Origin: a bacterium
Lineage (GTDB): Bacteria; Zhuqueibacterota; QNDG01; JAGLOF01
Length of the DNA stretch: 64,000 nt
Assembly: GCA_023139105.1 (NCBI GenBank)
Contig: JAGLOF010000089.1
Span: 1,807 to 65,806, forward strand
Direction of reading: 5' to 3'
Shown: one piece after another, positions 33,764 to 41,266 of the stretch
How positions within the stretch are numbered: position 1 is the first letter of the stretch
Layout of the letters: each line of letters begins with the position of its first letter
Position numbers and translations under genes: made by a program
Notes under the pieces: generated by a model
What the model saw: only the letters and a program-made list of their open reading frames with translations
What the model was told of the DNA's origin: nothing
Databases searched by the model: none

Positions 33764-34303
33764 TTAATTTACAAATGAAGCAGCCAACTCTTTTCTTAAT
33801 AATTTAAATGCCTGGGTCATTCTACTTTCTACAGTTTTTATTGAAATCTGGCATATATCTGCTATTTCTTTATATTTCAAACCATCATATCTACTCATTT
33901 TAAAAACAAGACGCACATTTTCAGGAAGGTCATTTATTGCTTCTTTTAAAGTCATCCTATCATCCATTGTAGATTCTGGGGATGAATTGCTAAGTGTTAT
34001 ATATTCTCTGAATATTTTGTCAGAACCTCGCTTACGAAGGTGATCAATTACTAAATTATATGAGACACGATACAAATATGCTTTTATTGATTTTTTAGGA
34101 TCCAAGTCGTGTCTATGCTGCCATAATCTGGTAAATACTTCCTGTACAAAATCTTGTGTATCTTCTCCTGAGTAAAGTCTATGAGCAATATATCTGTATA
34201 TAGCATCAAAATAACGCAAATATAGTGCCTTAAAAGCTCTTTGACTCGATTTACGAATCTCTATGGTCAGCTGTCTATCTGACCATTCTGAGAAATCTTG
34301 CAT
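33764..34303 (-). CDS. ECF RNA polymerase sigma factor (FecI-like)
   Basis: DFVQEVF region 2; GLKYKEIA..ISIKTVE region 4. Confidence 0.95.
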   Translation of the reverse strand: MQDFSEWSDRQLTIEIRKSSQRAFKALYLRYFDAIYRYIAHRLYSGEDTQDFVQEVFTRLWQHRHDLDPKKSIKAYLYRVSYNLVIDHLRKRGSDKIFREYITLSNSSPESTMDDRMTLKEAINDLPENVRLVFKMSRYDGLKYKEIADICQISIKTVESRMTQAFKLLRKELAASFVN

Positions 34304-34396
34304 CTATATTGATCCTATACACTAATAATTATTGTAGTTTAAATATAACATGAAAAAGATAAAAACCCAAAAAAAAACTGGTTTTTTCCTAAAAAA

Positions 34397-34451
34397 ATCC
34401 ACAACAACCGCAAGGAAATGTTTTTTTATCTTCCTTGCGAGCATTGTGGAT
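34397..34451 (-). terminator. Long hairpin, probable terminator after the ABC permease
   Basis: ATCCACAA/CGCAAGGAA...TTCCTTGCG/TTGTGGAT followed by a T run on the minus strand. Confidence 0.65.
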
Positions 34452-34510
34452 AATGTAAAAATATTACATTCTGACTAAATCGTTAAATAAAATTAATCAC
34501 TTTTATAAAT

Positions 34511-37141
34511 TTATTCATAATGAAGCGTCTCCACCGGCCTTTTGTTGGCCGCTTTCACAGCCACTTGGATAATTGACACTAATGCTACAGATAATGTAAT
34601 GAATCCGGCAAATAAAAATAAATGATATGGCATGGCAATTCTATACGCAAAGCCATTAAGCCAATTTTGCATTAAATAAAATGATATTGGCCAGGCAATT
34701 ATATTTGCAACAACTACCCATATTAAAATTTCTTTAGTCATTAATGTTAAAATCCTGGCTACTGATGCACCCATAACTTTTCTGATACCAATCTCTTTTG
34801 TGCGCATTTGTGTAGTAAGCATTACAAGGCCGAACAAACCAAGACAAGCCACAGACAGAGCCAGAATAGTAAAACTAATAATAAGCTGCCCCATCTTTAG
34901 TTCCGTACGATAAAGAATATCAAACTGATCATCAAAGAAAAGATAGTCCATGGGTTGTCCAGGAACAACATTGCTCCAATATTCTGAGATCCTGTCAATT
35001 GTACCGACGATTTGCTCTGGTTTCAAACGAATAGACATAAAATTTATATCAGCTGTATTCATTATTGTTGTGACCATTGGGAACATCTCTTCCTGAAGAG
35101 GGCGTAAATGATAGTCTTTGTAGACACCTATTGCAGTCAATGGCGTTTCCGGAGTGCCCGCAAATATCATCTTGCTTCCCAAGGGTTGATCCAAAGCTAA
35201 TAATTCCACAGCAGTCTCATTCAGAATTATCGCTGAAGAATCGGTTAATCTTTTTTGTGTAAATGAACGGCCATCTATTAAAGAAAGTCTGTAGGTATCA
35301 TAAAAATTATAATCAACATCCAGACGGATTACCGTATAATTATGAGGATCATCACTACCAAGTTTTTGCAATATCGTTGCTGAGAGCCCAAGCAGTGGTA
35401 GTCCGTTTGAATAAGTTGCATTGATAACACCATCATCTTTAAGAATTATATTTTTGAACACTTCAGCATGTGAACCTATAGCTGACGCATTTTGAATTAC
35501 CAGTACTTGTTCCTTATCAAATCCCAAAGATTTATTTCTTAAATATTTAATTTGCTGCTGGATTACCAGTGCTGAAATAAGAAGGGAAATTGATGCGGCA
35601 AATTGAAAAACAACTAATCCGTTTCTAAATTTACGCCCTTTCAAGCCTTTATGTAACTTCCCTTGCAAAACAACGATTGGCTGATAAGAAGCCATGACCA
35701 ACGCCGGATAACTGCCTGCTACAATTCCAATCAAGACAACGCCGATAAGTAATCCGGGAATAAAATACCATGTTGTAAGTATATTCAAAGGAATAGGCTG
35801 GCCGATAATATTCTCAAAATGAGGATGAGCCAGGGCAGTGAGCAAAATTGCCAGAATAAAAGCCAGTATACATTGAAGAATCGATTCCATTAAAAATTGT
35901 TTGATAAGCTGACTGCGATAGGAGCCCATTACCTTGCGAATACCAACTTCATTGGCTCGTTTCATAGACTGAGCCGTAGCAAGATTAATAAAATTGATTG
36001 ATGCAACAAGGAGAATAATTAAAGCAATGGCACTCAGTATATAGATGTTGCTCATACTGCCATTGATACCTAAGTCCTGGCCAAGGTCTGAACGTAAATG
36101 AATATCCAGTAGTGGTTGGATAAAGAAACCAAAACGGCTACCTGATTCTAAAAACTCATCATAGGACATACCCATTGCCAATTCAACTATTGCACCTACA
36201 TGTTCTCTCTCAAGATCCGGAATTTTTGCAGCAAAATCCTCTATATTTGCTTCTTTGTGCAACGTAAAATAAGTACAGAGATCATTTGCCAACCAGATAT
36301 TCCGTCTACTTATATTATGAGAAGTTATTGCCGCAAGAAAGTCAAATTGGAAGTGGTTGGTTTCAGGTAATTTTTCAGTGATTCCGGTAACTATGTACTC
36401 TGTCCCATCTTGAAGAGTCAAGATTTCACCCATTGCATCTTTTTCTCCAAAATACTTCTGTGCTGTTTCTGGTGTCAGTACAATTCCAGATGGTAATGTG
36501 AGTGCAGTTTCAGGATCTCCAACGGCCAGTGGAATAGTAAAAACATCAAAGACTGTGGAATCAGCATATAGGAATGCATCTTCTTTGTATTGAACATCAC
36601 CATATTTCACATAAACACCGTTCATAAATAATCTGACAACATGCTCAACTTCCGGAAAAGTATTCTTCAGTGTAAATGCCATTGGAGATGGAGTCCTGGC
36701 ATCTCTTATTGTTTCACCACTCAGACTGGCATCCAGAGCCATTCTGTATATACGTTCCGCTTTCTCATGATGACGGTCATAACGGAGTTCATTAGCAACA
36801 AACATAAAAATCAGGATGCAGCTTGCAAGCCCTACACCAAAACCAACGAGGTTTATCAGTGCAAAATTAGCATGCCTTTTAATATTGCGAATAGCTATTT
36901 TTATAGCACTTTGAATCATCATATACTGCCCCTTCATTTGCATTCCAACATATAGTGTCAACGATTTTATTGTATGAAGCCAATACCATTTTGAAGCTTT
37001 GAAATTGCCTTCTTCCTCAAGAATATCCATAAAAACCGCCTCCATATCTCCCTCAAGATCATATAGACATTGATATAGAAATAATTGACGGAGAATTCTT
37101 ATTGCCAGAGCAGGCGGTCTCTCTCTCTTAGAAACTCTCAT
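34511..37141 (-). CDS. Duplicated MacB/FtsX-type ABC permease with N-terminal prefix domain
   Basis: PP..A...GD..E..W prefix; two FtsX repeats (EVGIRKVMG, EIGIRKVMGAS). Confidence 0.92.
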   Translation of the reverse strand: MRVSKRERPPALAIRILRQLFLYQCLYDLEGDMEAVFMDILEEEGNFKASKWYWLHTIKSLTLYVGMQMKGQYMMIQSAIKIAIRNIKRHANFALINLVGFGVGLASCILIFMFVANELRYDRHHEKAERIYRMALDASLSGETIRDARTPSPMAFTLKNTFPEVEHVVRLFMNGVYVKYGDVQYKEDAFLYADSTVFDVFTIPLAVGDPETALTLPSGIVLTPETAQKYFGEKDAMGEILTLQDGTEYIVTGITEKLPETNHFQFDFLAAITSHNISRRNIWLANDLCTYFTLHKEANIEDFAAKIPDLEREHVGAIVELAMGMSYDEFLESGSRFGFFIQPLLDIHLRSDLGQDLGINGSMSNIYILSAIALIILLVASINFINLATAQSMKRANEVGIRKVMGSYRSQLIKQFLMESILQCILAFILAILLTALAHPHFENIIGQPIPLNILTTWYFIPGLLIGVVLIGIVAGSYPALVMASYQPIVVLQGKLHKGLKGRKFRNGLVVFQFAASISLLISALVIQQQIKYLRNKSLGFDKEQVLVIQNASAIGSHAEVFKNIILKDDGVINATYSNGLPLLGLSATILQKLGSDDPHNYTVIRLDVDYNFYDTYRLSLIDGRSFTQKRLTDSSAIILNETAVELLALDQPLGSKMIFAGTPETPLTAIGVYKDYHLRPLQEEMFPMVTTIMNTADINFMSIRLKPEQIVGTIDRISEYWSNVVPGQPMDYLFFDDQFDILYRTELKMGQLIISFTILALSVACLGLFGLVMLTTQMRTKEIGIRKVMGASVARILTLMTKEILIWVVVANIIAWPISFYLMQNWLNGFAYRIAMPYHLFLFAGFITLSVALVSIIQVAVKAANKRPVETLHYE

Positions 37142-37144
37142 ACT

Positions 37145-37471
37145 TTATAATTCTCTGTTAAAAATGCCTCTGGGAAGACCGGCCCATAATTTCTCCTTAA
37201 AATCCTGGGCTTGCTGTAACGCTGTTCTGCCTTCATCAGTTAACTTATAATATATTTTAGGCCTACCTCCACGTCCCGATTCAACAGAACCTTTTTTTGA
37301 AGAGGCGTAGCCTTTTCTGATTAGCTGATCCATATTATTATAAATTGTACCAAAAGCTACATCACGCCCCGTAATTTCATTAAAATGTTTACGTATTGCA
37401 TAACTTGTAGCTTCATCGGTGAGATGCCAAATGGCAAGCAACAGAATCTGCTCAGTCATTGTCAGCTTCAT
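37145..37471 (-). CDS. PadR family transcriptional regulator
   Basis: GTIYNNMDQLIRKGY, GGRPKIYYKLTDEG. Confidence 0.92.
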   Translation of the reverse strand: MKLTMTEQILLLAIWHLTDEATSYAIRKHFNEITGRDVAFGTIYNNMDQLIRKGYASSKKGSVESGRGGRPKIYYKLTDEGRTALQQAQDFKEKLWAGLPRGIFNREL

Positions 37472-37493
37472 TGTGCCCTCTATTTTAGTAATT

Positions 37494-37530
37494 CGAGTAA
37501 CTCGTAATTGGTTTAACGAGAAACTCGTAA
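37494..37530. promoter_or_regulatory. Tandem palindromic PadR operator candidates
   Basis: CGAGTAACTCGTAA and CGAGAAACTCGTAA, starts 23 bp apart, just upstream of padR. Confidence 0.7.
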
Positions 37531-37593
37531 AAATGTTTCATAAAAACTGGTTCTATGTCGAATAGTGTGGGTAGATATCCAGAAAATAAGTAA

Positions 37594-37619
37594 GCCACAG
37601 ATAAACACAGATGAAACAC
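37594..37619 (+). repeat. Short iterated repeat preceding the GxxExxY remnant
   Basis: GCCACAGAT-AAACACAGAT-GAAACAC. Confidence 0.6.
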
Positions 37620-37628
37620 TGAAAAAGA

Positions 37629-37745
37629 ATGAGTTTAATATATGAAGAACTAACGGAGGCCATAATAGACTCTGCAGTTGAAGTCTATAATACACTTGAG
37701 TATGGTTTTTTAGAAAAAGGTTATCAGCGAGCCTTGCAAGGTTGA
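37629..37745 (+). pseudogene. 5' remnant of a GxxExxY (PD-(D/E)XK nuclease-like) gene
   Basis: MSLIYEELTEAIIDSAVEVYNTLEYGFLEKGYQRALQG*; removing one G restores QVEL; the rest of the gene is absent. Confidence 0.8.
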
Positions 37746-37826
37746 GTTGTTCCGCGGCCTATTAATGTTAAGTAAAGTATTTTTGTTTTAAAATTATATT
37801 TTTAGTTGTTCGTCTTGTTCGTTTTG

Positions 37827-38000
37827 TTAGTTGCTAAATTTATTCTTTTCTTTACAAGAATCACATTGATCTTTATTCATCGGTGCCCGCCAACTTTGCT
37901 TCCATCCTTTTTCCGGGAATTTGTTAAGAGGGCATGCTGGATTCCAATGATACACATCATTAGCTTCATTGTAAAAATATGGTGGATAGGGGAGATTCAT
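37827..38000 (-). CDS. 57-aa small protein, putative His/Cys3 metal binder (below ORF-track cutoff)
   Basis: MNLPYPPYFYNEANDVYHWNPACPLNKFPEKGWKQSWRAPMNKDQCDSCKEKNKFSN; AAAGGT RBS; consensus promoter upstream. Confidence 0.72.
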   Translation of the reverse strand: MNLPYPPYFYNEANDVYHWNPACPLNKFPEKGWKQSWRAPMNKDQCDSCKEKNKFSN

Positions 38001-38113
38001 ATTAGCTTACCTTTTTTAAATCGGCAAAACGCCGGGAGAACGAATCTAAACAAAAATCAGCATACAAGCGTTGCTACAATTCAAATTTATATCATTCTGA
38101 TCTCATCTAATTA

Positions 38114-38180
38114 ATTATAAGAAAAATTATAGATCAATGCAATCAGGACAATCCATTAGATTGGTCAATTATTACCCCTA
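38114..38180 (-). promoter_or_regulatory. sigma70 promoter with two upstream 16-bp candidate activator boxes
   Basis: Minus strand: TAGGGGTAATAATTGA-ccaatc-TAATGGATTGTCCTGA, directly abutting TTGCAT-17-TATAAT. Confidence 0.6.
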
Positions 38181-38207
38181 TAAAACAAAAAAATAGTGCT
38201 ATTTAAT

Positions 38208-38873
38208 CTATTGCGGAAGCGGATCTTCCAAATGTATCAACCCTGTGGTGATAGCATAACGTGTAAGCTCAGCAATTGAGTGCATTTTAAGCTTATTCAT
38301 AATATTGCCACGATGTGATTCAACGGTTTTTATACTGATGTTTAATATATTACTTATTATTTTTGTTGATTTTCCTTCTGCTATCAATTGCAAAATTTCA
38401 CGCTCACGCTCTGTGAGTTGTTTAACATTTTTTACTGTCTTTGAAGAACGTTGCTGTGCCAAAAAAGATGTAACAAAGGCTTCTGAAATAGAAGGACTTA
38501 TATAATACTGCCCCTTCATTACAGCATGTATGGCAGAAACCAAATTTTTTAAAGCAGTCTTTTTTATTAAATATCCCATGGCACCATTTTCAAAAGCTCT
38601 GAATATATACTCTTCGGCTTCATGTTGTGTTAACATAATAATATGAACAGAAGGATTGGCCTGTTTAATTCTAAGAGTTGCATCAAGCCCGTTCAGGTTT
38701 TGCATGCCAATATCCATTATTACCAGATCAGGTTCAAGATCATGCACAAGGCCAAGGGCCTCTCTGCCATCTGTTGCCTGCCCTACAACCTCCATACCTT
38801 CTTCTCTGTCCAGCATTTGTGCAAGTCCCTCTCTGAGAATCACGTGATCCTCAGCCAGAAGTATTCTAATCAT
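38208..38873 (-). CDS. NarL/FixJ (LuxR-HTH) family response regulator
   Basis: ILLAEDH...IMDIGM...LTEREREIL...KTVESHRGNIMNKL; start set to ATG 38873 after GGAG. Confidence 0.95.
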   Translation of the reverse strand: MIRILLAEDHVILREGLAQMLDREEGMEVVGQATDGREALGLVHDLEPDLVIMDIGMQNLNGLDATLRIKQANPSVHIIMLTQHEAEEYIFRAFENGAMGYLIKKTALKNLVSAIHAVMKGQYYISPSISEAFVTSFLAQQRSSKTVKNVKQLTEREREILQLIAEGKSTKIISNILNISIKTVESHRGNIMNKLKMHSIAELTRYAITTGLIHLEDPLPQ

Positions 38874-38874
38874 T

Positions 38875-40134
38875 TCATTCATCTCCAATGGGTATATCAA
38901 TTTTTAGACAAGTTCCCTGTTCCGGTTCTGTATGTAATTCAAATTTTCCATGAAATGATACTGTTTTTTCACGAATACCTATGACTCCCATTTTTTGAGT
39001 ATTCATATTCATATTAAATACGGTATCTGCATCAAAACCGATACCATCATCCTTTATTTCCAGGTGTATTGTTTTATCAATTATCAATGAAATATCAACA
39101 CGAGTGGCATTGGCATACTTTGCTACATTATGCAAAGCCTCCTGAGTTATTCTGTAGAGCGTAGTGGAGATATCCGGAATAATCCTTTTATGATCACCTG
39201 TAATCTCCAGATGAATAGGTATCTGCAACCTCTCTTCATACCTTTTCACAAACCATGATAATGTTGGTCCGAGTCCAAGGTCATCAAGCATCATAGGTCT
39301 AAGGTCAAGAGACAGCTCATGTATACTATCAATTATTTTTGATATAATCTCTGCAGCATCTTCAAGCAGGCGTTTTGCTTGCGGAAGATCATGCCCCTTT
39401 AGCTCATTTTCAAGTAAATCCAGATCCAGTTTTGTTGCATTGAGTAATTGTCCTGCTTCATCATGCAGTACGTGGGCAATATGTTTACGTTCATCTTCCT
39501 GTATCCTTACCTGCTGGTCTGTCAACAGCTTCAATTGAGTTTCACGCTTCTGTAAGGTCTGGTTGACATCTTCAAGCTGCCTTGTTCGTTGACTAACAAG
39601 TCCCTCAAGCCTCTCCTTATAGGCCTCCAGCTCAGCCTCTAAGGCCATACGCTGTGTTACGTCCCTGAATATACCTTCATATATTTGTATATCATCTTCC
39701 ATCTGCCTATGAAGAGAAATCTCAATATATTTTACGTCCTTATCAGCACAATGAATATGGATAATTCTATGATTTACACTACCCTTGCTGCGCATACGGT
39801 GTGTTATAGATTCCAGTTCACTCTGATCTGCGACAAAAGATTTAATATTTGAGGTCTGTTCCAGCAGCTGAGCTTCATCATCAAAACCAAGAATCTTTGC
39901 CCCTGATTTATTGATAAGCATCACTTCCCCGGTATGTGAACAGCGGAAAACACCCTCGGTTGTAGTCTCAAAGAGTTTCTGGTATTTTTCCGCTTTCTTC
40001 CTCAAAAAATCCAGACGTTGTGATAAAATTTTCTGCCTGTATGCATATATAACCACGACAGTCAGGGCCATGGCCAGGAAGAGGAAATTTATTGCTAATA
40101 ATGAATCGAGACTAATCAGCATTTTATTCTGCAT
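38875..40134 (-). CDS. PAS sensor histidine kinase, HisKA_3 (NarX/UhpB-like), single N-terminal TM
   Basis: EDERKHIAHVLHDEAGQ, LRPMMLDDLGL, QEALHNVAKYA, DDGIGF. Confidence 0.95.
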   Translation of the reverse strand: MQNKMLISLDSLLAINFLFLAMALTVVVIYAYRQKILSQRLDFLRKKAEKYQKLFETTTEGVFRCSHTGEVMLINKSGAKILGFDDEAQLLEQTSNIKSFVADQSELESITHRMRSKGSVNHRIIHIHCADKDVKYIEISLHRQMEDDIQIYEGIFRDVTQRMALEAELEAYKERLEGLVSQRTRQLEDVNQTLQKRETQLKLLTDQQVRIQEDERKHIAHVLHDEAGQLLNATKLDLDLLENELKGHDLPQAKRLLEDAAEIISKIIDSIHELSLDLRPMMLDDLGLGPTLSWFVKRYEERLQIPIHLEITGDHKRIIPDISTTLYRITQEALHNVAKYANATRVDISLIIDKTIHLEIKDDGIGFDADTVFNMNMNTQKMGVIGIREKTVSFHGKFELHTEPEQGTCLKIDIPIGDE

Positions 40135-40660
40135 TAGTAAACTCTCTAATTAAATCAACAAGTACCATTAACCAGCCAAACAGTACAATAAAGTCAAGTA
40201 TACCGTAAAAACGATACACCATCAAGGTAATTTTAAAAAACATATGATAAAGATGAAGAAGAAGCCCTGATATTGATGAAAACAATAACCACCGGCGAAA
40301 TGGTCTGCATTTAATTATATAAATAATCTGTACACAAAAAAACAGAATAAGTATGGTTTTACGTATAAAATTATAAGTAGGATGACCAGAAAAATTATAA
40401 AATATCTGAATGAAAGTATAGGTTGAATCAAATAATCTATCCATACAAGTTATTATTATCGGCATGCTAAACAGAACAATCAGCCTTTTATATCCTATAT
40501 CCGTAATTGAAGGAAGAATATACTTATACAAGTAAAGAACTACAGTAAATCCCGTACCTATGAGAAAAAAGTTTACAGGCAATTGGCCAAAAGATATAAA
40601 ACCGGTTATGATCAGCATATCGAGAGCAATAAAACCTAAATAGGACAGGATAAAGATCAT
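40124..40660 (-). CDS. Hydrophobic multi-TM protein overlapping the kinase start
   Basis: About six hydrophobic segments; its 3' end overlaps the kinase start by 11 nt. The start is uncertain (ATG 40660 or TTG 40687). Confidence 0.7.
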   Translation of the reverse strand: MIFILSYLGFIALDMLIITGFISFGQLPVNFFLIGTGFTVVLYLYKYILPSITDIGYKRLIVLFSMPIIITCMDRLFDSTYTFIQIFYNFSGHPTYNFIRKTILILFFCVQIIYIIKCRPFRRWLLFSSISGLLLHLYHMFFKITLMVYRFYGILDFIVLFGWLMVLVDLIREFTNAE

Positions 40661-40831
40661 TATTTTCTCATAAAAGTTAATATGCAATATATGTTCATTT
40701 TGAGATCATCCATACAATGTATAAAGAAAAACAAATAAATTATTCTGAATTAATATCATCACACTCTGTGGATGATTATTTTAACAGTATTTTTTGCTTC
40801 TACTGCATTGTTATCTATATGAATTATGATT

Positions 40832-40850
40832 ATTGATTCCAGGAATCAAT
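40832..40850. promoter_or_regulatory. Perfect palindrome, possible operator upstream of the membrane protein/kinase operon
   Basis: ATTGATTCC-A-GGAATCAAT. Confidence 0.4.
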
Positions 40851-40866
40851 CTTACTAACAAAAATA

Positions 40867-40938
40867 AAAGCATGGGACACCTGTAATTTTATAAGACTCT
40901 GAATACCTTATAAAACACAAGTGTCTCCCATGTTTTTT
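40867..40938 (-). terminator. Long hairpin/terminator downstream of the 55-aa gene
   Basis: Minus strand CATGGGAGACAC..TTTTATAAG-loop-CTTATAAAA..GTGTCCCATG followed by CTTTTATTTTT. Confidence 0.75.
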
Positions 40939-40981
40939 GAATATCTAGTTAAAATCCATTATAAGGGGCCAGACAATCTAA

Positions 40982-41149
40982 TCAACATTTAGTACGATGA
41001 GGACATGTATAACACCATGCATATGGTGCGCCATCACCAAAACAGCCCGGAGGATCTCCTTTAACAGTCTTTAAATCAGTTTCTGAAAATTCTTCAAAAG
41101 TTTTGTGTGTCAGCTCATCCCACTTCTTTGCCAGTTCTTTGATATCCAT
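40982..41149 (-). CDS. 55-aa Cys-rich peptide with bacteriocin/RiPP-like leader (below ORF-track cutoff)
   Basis: MDIKELAKKWDELTHKTFEEFSETDLKTVKGDPPGCFGDGAPYAWCYTCPHRTKC; AGGAGG RBS 5 nt before ATG; own terminator. Confidence 0.85.
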   Translation of the reverse strand: MDIKELAKKWDELTHKTFEEFSETDLKTVKGDPPGCFGDGAPYAWCYTCPHRTKC

Positions 41150-41213
41150 ATCTTCCTCCTATAATACATAGATAGTGAAAGATCAGGCTGTTCCGCCTGT
41201 AATCAAAGTAAAC

Positions 41214-41254
41214 TAAGGGTTTCTCTCATATAAATCAATAGGGGAAAACCCTTA
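41214..41254. promoter_or_regulatory. Paired 16-bp imperfect palindromes upstream of the 55-aa gene
   Basis: TAAGGGTTTCTCTCAT (41214-41229) and TAGGGGAAAACCCTTA (41239-41254). Confidence 0.55.
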
Positions 41255-41266
41255 GCTTATCATAAA

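Noticed and set aside
37513..37695. 60-aa minus-strand ORF (FSVSSVFICG)
   Set aside because: Translation of the CACAGAT repeat, antisense to the GxxExxY remnant
38020..38075. GGCAAAAC...GGGAGAA resembling a c-di-GMP riboswitch start
   Set aside because: Lacks the GAAA tetraloop and GCAAAG second stem, and is antisense to the downstream gene
37806..38114. 102-aa plus-strand ORF
   Set aside because: TTG start inside a repeat, no RBS, no motif; antisense to the better supported 57-aa gene
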